Of a DNA stretch of 5,857 nt, positions 1 to 5,857 are shown one piece after another (position 1 is the first letter of the stretch; each line of letters begins with the position of its first letter). The stretch lies in IMG/VR virus record IMGVR_UViG_3300028995_000024, positions 1 to 5,857 of that record; one strand, given 5' to 3'. A program made the position numbers and the translations under genes. The stretch is from a virus (lineage: Duplodnaviria > Heunggongvirae > Uroviricota > Caudoviricetes). A model generated the notes under the pieces. That model ran no database searches. It was not told where the DNA came from and was given only the letters and a program-made list of their open reading frames with translations.

Positions 1-911
1 CGAAAAAGGCTTCGTCTAACAACAATTCCTTTAGTGCGATTTACAAGGAATGGTACGAGCACAAGAAGCAAGTCTGGTCAGTAGGATATGCGACTGAACT
101 TGCCAAAATGTTTGATGACGACATTTTGCCCATCATCGGCGGTCTTGAGATTCAGGATATTGAGCCGATGCAACTGCTGGAAGTAATCCGCAGATTTGAA
201 GATCGCGGTGCAATGGAGCGAGCAAATAAAGCCCGCAGAAGATGCGGCGAGGTTTTCCGTTACGCTATTGTCACTGGTAGGGCTAAATATAACCCGGCAC
301 CTGACCTTGCTGACGCCATGAAGGGATACCGCAAGAAGAACTTCCCGTTTTTACCTGCCGACCAGATCCCGGCATTCAACAAAGCACTTGCAACATTTTC
401 AGGAAGTATCGTATCGCTCATTGCGACCAAAGTTTTACGCTACACAGCCCTAAGAACGAAAGAGCTTCGTTCCATGCAATGGAAGAACGTCGATTTTGAA
501 AACAGGATTATCACCATCGACGCCAGTGTGATGAAGGGACGCAAAATTCATGTGGTCCCGATGTCAGACCAGGTGGTTGAACTTCTCACTACGCTAAGCT
601 CAATCACCAAACCAGTATCAGAGTTTGTTTTTGCCGGGCGCAACGATAAGAAGAAGCCAATCTGCGAGAACGCGGTATTGCTTGTGATCAAACAAATCGG
701 CTATGAGGGTCTGGAAAGCGGTCATGGATTCAGGCATGAATTCAGCACAATTATGAACGAGCACGAATGGCCTGCTGACGCTATTGAAGTGCAACTGGCA
801 CATGCCAACGGCGGATCTGTGCGTGGTATTTACAACCATGCTCAGTATCTCGATAAACGCAGAGAAATGATGCAATGGTGGGCGGACTGGCTTGAGGAGA
901 AGGTATCATAG
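1..911 (+). CDS. int: Tyrosine site-specific integrase (phage/P4-like family), 5'-partial; the N-terminus lies upstream of the window
   Basis: The reading frame is open from the window edge (first full codon at nt 3) to TAG at 909-911. Translation upstream of the ORF-track ATG at 108 stays open (...KKASSNNNSFSAIYKEWYEHKKQVWSVGYATELAK-MFDDD...), so that ATG is internal. Catalytic-domain signatures of tyrosine recombinases are present: LRTKELR (box I Arg), HGFRHEF (H-x-x-R box II) and RGIYNHAQYL (catalytic Tyr), ending in MMQWWADWL. Confidence 0.9.
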   Translation, partial: KKASSNNNSFSAIYKEWYEHKKQVWSVGYATELAKMFDDDILPIIGGLEIQDIEPMQLLEVIRRFEDRGAMERANKARRRCGEVFRYAIVTGRAKYNPAPDLADAMKGYRKKNFPFLPADQIPAFNKALATFSGSIVSLIATKVLRYTALRTKELRSMQWKNVDFENRIITIDASVMKGRKIHVVPMSDQVVELLTTLSSITKPVSEFVFAGRNDKKKPICENAVLLVIKQIGYEGLESGHGFRHEFSTIMNEHEWPADAIEVQLAHANGGSVRGIYNHAQYLDKRREMMQWWADWLEEKVS

Positions 912-920
912 GTAAACAGC

Positions 921-946
921 GCAAAGACTTGCAAACCTATGCAAAG
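921..946. repeat. Three direct hexamer repeats, GCAAAG / GCAAAC / GCAAAG, at exact 10-bp phasing just downstream of the int stop codon
   Basis: Read directly from the sequence: 921 gcaaagactt, 931 gcaaacctat, 941 gcaaagcttt. One helical turn between copies is consistent with a same-face protein-binding array. Function is unknown. Confidence 0.3.
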
Positions 947-1059
947 CTTTGTGTGTCCAGTTTTTGTCTCACGCATACAGCTTGAGATGCTAACTGGTCG
1001 ATCATCCAAGCTCTTAGTGGTAGACTCACCGCACACTTTTATCAGCGATTAATCATGAA

Positions 1060-1242
1060 ATGAAACTATCACTTGATAACCTCGTCCGCTTTGCTTCTTT
1101 AATGTGCGTAGCTGGCCTTCTAACTGGTTACCGTTCAAGATATCCATCACTACAGGTGATAGAGATACTCATGCTGGCGGTTTGGCTGCATCAGGACTAT
1201 CCTCACATCAAGAGCATCATAGAAAATAATAAAAAACAATAA
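1060..1242 (+). CDS. Hypothetical small protein (60 aa), doubtful; possibly a small membrane peptide or gene remnant upstream of the acyltransferase
   Basis: ATG-initiated ORF in the int-acyltransferase intergenic region with two short hydrophobic stretches (FASLMCVAGLLTG, VIEILMLAVWL). I recognise no family and see no convincing ribosome-binding site. It lies in the same orientation as, and 17 bp upstream of, the acyltransferase gene. Confidence 0.2.
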   Translation: MKLSLDNLVRFASLMCVAGLLTGYRSRYPSLQVIEILMLAVWLHQDYPHIKSIIENNKKQ

Positions 1243-1259
1243 TTCAATTCAGGTCAACA

Positions 1260-2327
1260 ATGAATAGCAAAATTTTATCAGTGCATTACATGAGGGCTTT
1301 GGCCTCCATCGCGGTGTTAATAGATCATTTCTCAGGTCTATTGGTTATCAATGGGAATCCAATTCCATTTTTATCGAGAGGTGGATTTGGAGTAGATCTT
1401 TTCTACATTATTAGTGGATTTATCATCTACATTTCGTCAGGAAACAAAGATAATAACAAACCTATAAAATTCATACTAAAGCGATTTTTCAGAATTTATC
1501 CATTATTCATCGTTGCATGGATAATAGGGATGTCATTTGTGTTCAAGAGTGACAGCGTATGGTCATTTTTAGAGCCGCTACTATTGGTATATCAAAATTA
1601 TAATGGAATGGCCCCTCAGTTCGGTACCCATGTTATGGGAACCCCATGGACACTGGCTTACGAACTACTCTTTTACGCAATTTTTGTTTTAGCTATTTCA
1701 ATAACTCACAAGCACCGGGCGGCATTATCAATAGCGATACTGATCCTAATGCCGATATCACTACAACTAATATTCAACGATTCATTCTCCATTCAGAGTT
1801 CTGCATTTGCCAATGCAAGTAAAGACATTCCTATGTATGGAGTAATTAGAATGGCAAGTGGAACAATAATGTTTGAGTTTGCTATAGGAATTTTATTAGG
1901 TGTTTCCTTCAAGAAAATGAAGAAGATTGATATAACACAAAGCGCATCTACGTTATTCTTCTATTCTGGGGTAATGATATCTATTGCAATACTTATTACC
2001 AACGGAAATCAGATTTCTAAATTTGGTTTGCAAGGCTATTTCATTCCGTCAATTGTTCTTTTTATATCGTTTTTCTTCAGGGATAAAACATCAAATATAA
2101 AACACAATGGATTCCTGGAGTTCTTCGGAAATATTTCATACTCGCTGTACATCACACATTTCATAATTTATGTATGGATAGTTCAGCATCTTGACAGGGT
2201 ATGGATGGAACCGGTTAGGGGGTACCCTATAGTTATTATCGGAATGGTTGCAAGCATTATATTCTCTTGGTGTTGTTATGTCTTTGTAGAGAAACCATTC
2301 ATAAAAGTCGGCAAGCGATATTTATAA
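1260..2327 (+). CDS. Acyltransferase family 3 integral membrane protein (Oac/OafA-like carbohydrate O-acyltransferase); candidate O-antigen/LPS O-acetyltransferase
   Basis: 355-aa ORF that is hydrophobic throughout, with about 10 predicted transmembrane segments. Family-typical motifs are present: N-terminal R-x-L-A-x-I-A-V-x-x-x-H (RALASIAVLIDHF), GVDLFYIISGF, KRFFRIYPLF, WTLAYELLFY and C-terminal GNISYSLYITHF. A weak AGGT ribosome-binding site lies ~5 nt before the ATG. The gene is markedly AT-rich (about 25-35% G+C in sampled lines) against ~47% in int and ~55-60% in the tail genes. Confidence 0.85.
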   Translation: MNSKILSVHYMRALASIAVLIDHFSGLLVINGNPIPFLSRGGFGVDLFYIISGFIIYISSGNKDNNKPIKFILKRFFRIYPLFIVAWIIGMSFVFKSDSVWSFLEPLLLVYQNYNGMAPQFGTHVMGTPWTLAYELLFYAIFVLAISITHKHRAALSIAILILMPISLQLIFNDSFSIQSSAFANASKDIPMYGVIRMASGTIMFEFAIGILLGVSFKKMKKIDITQSASTLFFYSGVMISIAILITNGNQISKFGLQGYFIPSIVLFISFFFRDKTSNIKHNGFLEFFGNISYSLYITHFIIYVWIVQHLDRVWMEPVRGYPIVIIGMVASIIFSWCCYVFVEKPFIKVGKRYL

Positions 2328-2347
2328 AAATAGCGTCCATAAGGACT

Positions 2348-2379
2348 AATGCCAGTCAGTTAAGCAACTGACTGGCATT
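2348..2379 (+). terminator. Perfect 14-bp inverted repeat with 4-nt loop (AATGCCAGTCAGTT-aagc-AACTGACTGGCATT) 21 bp after the acyltransferase stop; possible terminator or RNA 3' stability hairpin
   Basis: The two arms are exact reverse complements, read directly. No U-tract follows (the next bases are acggcaatcagg), so it is not a canonical intrinsic terminator. The call rests on position and stem strength only. Confidence 0.35.
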
Positions 2380-2435
2380 ACGGCAATCAGGAGGGATATC
2401 CGATTTTGACAGAGCAACCATCTTTATCAAAATAA

Positions 2436-2663
2436 AACCTTATTGCATTGGCGGATTTGAAAAAAAGAAAACTTATTAATGAAGCCAACGAGCACATGAA
2501 CAGAAGACAATGGCCTGGTAAAGCGGCCATTGGTCGTCTGAAAGGTGAGAAACTGGCGCAATATAATTTGTGGCTGGATTATCTGGACGCACTGGAACTG
2601 GTTGATACCTCCAGTGCTCCAGATATTGAATGGCCTACGCCTCCGGCAGTTCAGGCCAGATGA
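2436..2663 (+). pseudogene. Tail-fibre assembly protein (Tfa/Mu-U family), C-terminal ~75-codon fragment, 5'-truncated
   Basis: The frame opens immediately after a TAA at 2433-2435 and has no in-frame ATG; the ORF track starts it at a TTG at 2448. The translation ends ...KLAQYNLWLDYLDALELVDTSSAPDIEWPTPPAVQAR, the characteristic Tfa C-terminus (DTSxAPDxxWP). The sequence upstream is unrelated and AT-rich, so the N-terminal part of the gene is missing. Confidence 0.7.
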
Positions 2664-3228
2664 CATCCGGCGCGGTGCTGGTATCTGTTGCCGTCACCGC
2701 GTCAATGTAATCCAGCACGGCGTTAAGTCGGGTGGTCTCTGCCTGCATCAGCTTCCGCCCGGCCTGTAATTTCAGCTGAATCAGACTAATGGAAGCCATT
2801 GCTGCATCAATCAGTGACTGGCGCTGTGCTTCCGCCACTTCTACTACGGCACCGTGTTGTGCCTCAGTATCTGTCACCCATTTCTCACCATCCCATTCAT
2901 CGTATGGTGTTAACGGTGAAAGCGTGACATAATCGTCTTTGATGGCACCGATATAATCCACTGTAACAGCTGCACCATTTTCTGTTGAGTAAACAGTCTC
3001 ATTGCGATGGTCTTCTTCATGGCTCCATCCCTTACCCGTAAATACTGCCACTTTCCCCGGAATGTTTTCGCCAGGGTCAATACCAGTGGAACAGGCGGGC
3101 ATACTTACGCCAGTATTAATATATTCATCAGACCAGCCAGTATATTCATACGTTACTGCATCATAATAAAAACAACGCATATCGCCCGGCACTGTAGCCA
3201 GCCCATTTTCATCAAAAACAGGTTTCAT
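2635..3228 (-). CDS. tfa: Tail-fibre assembly protein (Tfa/Mu-U/lambda-Tfa family)
   Basis: 197-aa ORF whose C-terminus ...RLNAVLDYIDAVTATDTSTAPDVIWPELPEA matches the Tfa family signature. Its ATG (3228..3226) overlaps the stop of the upstream tail-fibre gene as TAATG, indicating translational coupling. It lies immediately 3' of a tail-fibre gene, as expected for this family. Confidence 0.85.
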   Translation of the reverse strand: MKPVFDENGLATVPGDMRCFYYDAVTYEYTGWSDEYINTGVSMPACSTGIDPGENIPGKVAVFTGKGWSHEEDHRNETVYSTENGAAVTVDYIGAIKDDYVTLSPLTPYDEWDGEKWVTDTEAQHGAVVEVAEAQRQSLIDAAMASISLIQLKLQAGRKLMQAETTRLNAVLDYIDAVTATDTSTAPDVIWPELPEA

Positions 3229-3992
3229 TATTTAGCCCTCACCAGAAAGTTAAACGCGATATTACGAGGACGTGTTTCACTTGCAGTTTTCGTTTCAATG
3301 GCACTATCAATAGAGAAATGCTGCAAATCCTGAGATGCAGCACCGTAATTGGTGTAAGAATTAACAAGTGCACCCGCTTTTATTGAGCCAGAGCTACCCA
3401 TAGCTCCCCCCATGAAATTCCCTGTTATACGCTGCTGAGCAAAGTCCTGTGCGCTTAACAACGTGCGACCACCGTCTACACCTCGCCCGTCATCCCAGAT
3501 ACGAATGAAATCACCGCGGGCTTCAGGTAATACCAGCGAAGGAAACACTTTCGCCAGCACAGGATAATCAGAAGCAGAAAATTTCGCCCCGTTGAACTTC
3601 AAAAACACCATACTGGACCAGCTGCCGATTACAGTATTTGGCATTGCAGCGGACGGCCATAAGAACGGAACGCCAATAGCTGGAGCACCTTCTCCCAAAC
3701 CAAGGTTTTCGAGAGCTGTTTTCACCGTACCATCCGATTTGATATCGCCAAACGGATTATTGCGGCTTAACAGCAGCGCACGAAGCGCGGTAAGCAGCTG
3801 GTCGTGCCGCGTCTTCTCAAGACTGGCACCGGATGCCTCCACCACGCTGCAAAGCTCCTCCTGCAACATGTCAAAGTAGTCATCATCCAGAGCGGTGGCA
3901 GGTGTGCCGGTCTGGGGGTTACCACGGGTAAAACCGTTCTTACCCGCGCCGAACTTATCCTTCTGCGCGGTTTTCGTGTCTATACGATGCAT
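3228..3992 (-). CDS. stf: Phage tail-fibre protein (short side tail fibre; conserved N-terminal anchor region plus C-terminal collar-like receptor-binding region)
   Basis: 254-aa ORF. The N-terminus [14 protein letters not shown]...[27 protein letters not shown] resembles the conserved N-terminal region of enterobacterial prophage tail fibres. The C-terminal part contains a motif like the phage tail-collar domain ([33 protein letters not shown]). It sits between a gp48-like baseplate gene and tfa. Confidence 0.8.
   Translation of the reverse strand: MHRIDTKTAQKDKFGAGKNGFTRGNPQTGTPATALDDDYFDMLQEELCSVVEASGASLEKTRHDQLLTALRALLLSRNNPFGDIKSDGTVKTALENLGLGEGAPAIGVPFLWPSAAMPNTVIGSWSSMVFLKFNGAKFSASDYPVLAKVFPSLVLPEARGDFIRIWDDGRGVDGGRTLLSAQDFAQQRITGNFMGGAMGSSGSIKAGALVNSYTNYGAASQDLQHFSIDSAIETKTASETRPRNIAFNFLVRAK
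3690..3715. other. Candidate DNA-invertase crossover site (hix/gix/pix-like 26-bp dyad) inside the tail-fibre gene
   Basis: TTCTCCCAAACC-AA-GGTTTTCGAGAG consists of two 12-bp half-sites around a 2-bp AA core. The left half and the reverse complement of the right half (CTCTCGAAAACC) agree at 9 of 12 positions. Compare hixL TTCTTGAAAACC-AA-GGTTTTTGATAA and gix TTCCTGTAAACC-GA-GGTTTTGGATAA, both recalled from memory. The site encodes residues ~93-101 ([10 protein letters not shown]) of the tail fibre, which is where a constant/variable boundary would be expected. Confidence 0.5.
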
Positions 3993-3995
3993 GGA

Positions 3996-4580
3996 TTACT
4001 CCGGATATTTAAAAATTACGTAGGTATCCCACGGGCAGAGTTTGTTAAGCACGCACTCGACAACGGTGTCCCCCCAGATACGCAGCGCAGAATCACAGGG
4101 ATCGCCACATGTCATCCAGGTGGTGTTGGTGGCGGCTGGCATGTTGACCTGCCAGTAATACCGCCATTCCGGCGCATTCACCGCGTCAGTACAGACCGAT
4201 GAGCAGGTGAACGTGCTTTTGTCGTATCGCGTGATGTTGGCATCTGGTCTGCCCAGGGCAGCAAGCTGTGCAAGATAAAAATTCTCGTTGATGCTGCCCG
4301 CCAGGTTAACCTTCGCATCCAGCCGTTGCTGACGCTGACGAAGGGTCTTTGTCCCTGCGGGAATACATTCATCCGGCAGACCGCACAGACGCTCCCAGCG
4401 GTTTATCAGTTCAGTGGTGGTGCGCGGATCCAGCTCCCGCATCAGGGCATCCGCACGCTGATGAACACGGGTTAATGACGGTGCCGCACCGGCAATCGCC
4501 GGATCGCTGGCTGATCACGCCGGACCGGGGGGCAACAGTGCCGACAACAGACGGATGTAATCATCGTTTGTCACGTCCAT
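3996..4580 (-). pseudogene. Mu gp48-like / DUF2313 (YmfQ-like) baseplate-associated tail protein, interrupted by an in-frame TGA at 4517..4515
   Basis: The ORF track reports only 3996..4442 (148 aa, [26 protein letters not shown]...). The same frame continues upstream for 24 codons ([24 protein letters not shown]) to a TGA. A further 21 codons upstream (MDVTNDDYIRLLSALLPPGPA) start at an ATG at 4580..4578, which has a GGGGA ribosome-binding site ~7 nt upstream and overlaps the stop of the upstream gene. An intact gene would be 194 codons. From memory of the family, the position holding TGA normally holds Trp (TGG) in an LLPPGxAW motif. Confidence 0.7.
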
Positions 4581-5629
4581 GAAATCGTCCCCAGAACCGC
4601 CAGTTCATTTTTTGCAATGGAGATATTGTCTGCCGGTGCAAGCAACTGATGGCTGTATTCCCCGTTCGCACCGGAAATCGCCTCACTGATACGCGATACC
4701 TTCAGTTCTCCCTGCGGATAACCATCACGCAGCAGGAACGAACGCAACTCCGCGGTGATGGCAGCCCGTATTTCCGGTGTGTCCGGCGTCACGCGGATAT
4801 GAAAATCCACCGTATGTGCCACCGGCCTGAACACATACAAATCAGAGCCTGCCACCGGGGCCAGTGGCTCGATATGTTGTCTTGCCGCCGTTTCCGTTGA
4901 TTCTTCCGGAATGGGATTAATCAGGTCACTGCTGGCAATCATCACACCGACAGTTCCCGTTCCCATCCAGTGACGGTATGTCCATGCGCGGGTAATGCCG
5001 GGCACTTCTTTAGCCCAGACGACATAGTCCCCGTCAGCCCCGCCCTGCGGCGTCCAGTAATACCGCTCAATGACGCGGGCGCGCCACGTTTCCAGATCTT
5101 CAGTATCGAATCCGCCAGTCAGGGTATCTGCAACACCGGAAGACGGCAGACCATTAACCGGCGTGACCAGGATTAATGACGTACCGTCGTCAGCGTTACC
5201 GACCGCGCCTGCACTTGAGCAGGCGATCGGCACGCGCAGGACACCACCGGAGCTGGTTGCATCGGCAGTTGCCGTGTACTGAACCAGGTCATCGCGCTGA
5301 ATAACACTCCCGGCGGTCACCTTCAGGCCATCGCTGACACCTTCCCAGCGCATATACCCGCTGGCAGCCGTGGCCCCCTTGCGCGGACACCGTTTCATCG
5401 CAGCATGTCGCGCCAGCCAGGACTCATCGCACAGGTCAGGCAGCATGTTCATTGCCAGATAATCGATGTACCCGTAAACCGTATGCAGCGCCGCCGCATA
5501 CACCTTTGCCCGCACGTCTTCATCCATGCGCCGGAGCGTGTCGCTGACGTCCAGCCTGGCGAATAAATCGTTACGGAGCATACTGATATTTTCTGCCAGC
5601 GTCGGGCGCTGAAATTCACTGTCCGCCAT
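4571..5629 (-). CDS. Baseplate assembly protein J-like (Mu gp47 / P2 gpJ family)
   Basis: 352-aa ORF whose size, position (between a gp46-like and a gp48-like gene, upstream of the tail fibre) and sequence character match baseplate-J family proteins. Its start overlaps the stop of the upstream gene by 14 nt. The family assignment is by recollection of the conserved gp46-gp47-gp48-fibre gene order, not by alignment. Confidence 0.8.
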   Translation of the reverse strand: MADSEFQRPTLAENISMLRNDLFARLDVSDTLRRMDEDVRAKVYAAALHTVYGYIDYLAMNMLPDLCDESWLARHAAMKRCPRKGATAASGYMRWEGVSDGLKVTAGSVIQRDDLVQYTATADATSSGGVLRVPIACSSAGAVGNADDGTSLILVTPVNGLPSSGVADTLTGGFDTEDLETWRARVIERYYWTPQGGADGDYVVWAKEVPGITRAWTYRHWMGTGTVGVMIASSDLINPIPEESTETAARQHIEPLAPVAGSDLYVFRPVAHTVDFHIRVTPDTPEIRAAITAELRSFLLRDGYPQGELKVSRISEAISGANGEYSHQLLAPADNISIAKNELAVLGTISWT

Positions 5630-5857
5630 GCGTTATCGCACTCCACAGATCATCAAAAGAAATCATTACCGGTCCGTCACGACGCCAGAGAGTGATACTG
5701 TTACCCAGTTCATTAATCCCGGTGCGGCGGATATCCAGATCAATACGGGACACCACGCCGTCATCAATCATCCATTGCAGGCATTCGCGGATATACCCCC
5801 TTACTGTCTGCACCAGCTGATTGGTCAGTTTGCTGCGCTGAAGCAGCCACAGTCGGG
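5616..5857 (-). CDS. Mu gp46-like baseplate protein, 5'-partial; the N-terminus lies beyond the right edge of the window
   Basis: The minus-strand frame is open from the window edge (...RLWLLQRSKLTNQLVQTVRGYIRECLQWMIDDGVVSRIDL...) to TGA at 5618..5616. The ORF-track start at 5813 is an internal GTG. The RLWLL motif and the position immediately upstream of the baseplate-J-like gene fit the gp46 family. Confidence 0.6.
   Translation of the reverse strand, partial: RLWLLQRSKLTNQLVQTVRGYIRECLQWMIDDGVVSRIDLDIRRTGINELGNSITLWRRDGPVMISFDDLWSAITHGGQ

Noticed and set aside
618-1036. Minus-strand ORFs 618..875 and 842..1036
   Set aside because: The first is antisense to the integrase catalytic domain and the second spans the int 3' end and intergenic DNA. 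Both are short with no recognisable features, so they are most likely spurious.
912-1259. Promoter for the cargo genes (for example TTGCAA at 929-934, TTGATA at 1073-1078, A/T-rich -10-like hexamers near 1225-1232)
   Set aside because: No -35/-10 pair with acceptable spacing could be identified confidently by eye. AT-rich DNA gives many false -10 matches.
2424-2440. Half-site-like TTATCAAAA-TAAAACC at the 5' truncation point of the tfa fragment
   Set aside because: Only the outer part of one half-site is recognisable and no GGTTT arm follows. It is too degenerate to call a recombination site, though it could conceivably be a scar.
2427-2769. ORFs 2427..2666 (-) and 2545..2769 (+)
   Set aside because: These are alternative frames overlapping the Tfa-encoding frames on both strands. 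Their translations are low-complexity, Arg/Cys/Trp-rich, and typical of out-of-frame reads.
3208-3235. Possible second invertase site at the stf/tfa boundary (TTCATCAAAAACAGGTTTCATTATTTAG)
   Set aside because: It resembles a hix half-site (TCATCAAAAACA against TTATCAAAAACC) but lacks proper AAACC-nn-GGTTT dyad spacing. It also lies in the direct coding overlap of two genes, so the A-rich run is explained by the coding sequence.
3996-4442. Treating the 148-aa ORF as a complete stand-alone gene
   Set aside because: The frame and family-like sequence continue upstream to an operon-coupled ATG at 4580, interrupted only by one TGA. The ATG at 4442 lacks a good ribosome-binding site. The interrupted 194-codon gene model is preferred.
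3007-5282. Plus-strand ORFs inside the tail module (3007..3333, 3592..3879, 3804..4202, 4349..4582, 4649..4900, 4970..5176, 5070..5282)
   Set aside because: All lie antisense to well-supported minus-strand structural genes in GC-rich DNA, where long antisense open frames arise by chance. I see no family resemblance and no start or ribosome-binding-site support.
1-5857. A novel defence or toxin system, CRISPR array, tRNA or att site
   Set aside because: No direct-repeat/spacer array and no tRNA-like sequence were seen. There are no ORFs with nuclease, ATPase, toxin-antitoxin or reverse-transcriptase character. Every substantial ORF is accounted for by the integrase, the acyltransferase or tail structural genes.

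Overview
This 5.86-kb window looks like the integrase-proximal end of a decayed enterobacterial-type prophage or cryptic island, and I did not find a clearly novel multi-gene system in it. Plus strand: the 3' part of a tyrosine integrase (to nt 911), a ~350-bp intergenic region with a 10-bp-phased triple repeat and a doubtful small ORF, then a strongly AT-rich acyltransferase-family-3 membrane protein gene (1260-2327). Minus strand, from the right edge inward: a Mu-type baseplate and tail-fibre module comprising a gp46-like gene (partial), a baseplate-J-like gene, a gp48/DUF2313-like gene interrupted by an in-frame TGA, a short tail fibre, and a tail-fibre assembly gene. That assembly gene meets head-on, with overlapping stop codons, a 5'-truncated second tail-fibre-assembly fragment on the plus strand. 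A 26-bp hix/gix-like dyad inside the tail-fibre gene suggests an ancestral invertase-driven tail-fibre switch that now has no invertase and no partner site in the window. The most interesting items are the acyltransferase cargo (a candidate lysogenic-conversion gene), the locked tail-fibre switch remnant, and the decay signatures. No tRNA, rRNA or CRISPR array was seen. All family assignments come from reading the translations and motifs by eye; no database search was run, and GC values are eyeball estimates from sampled 60-nt lines.
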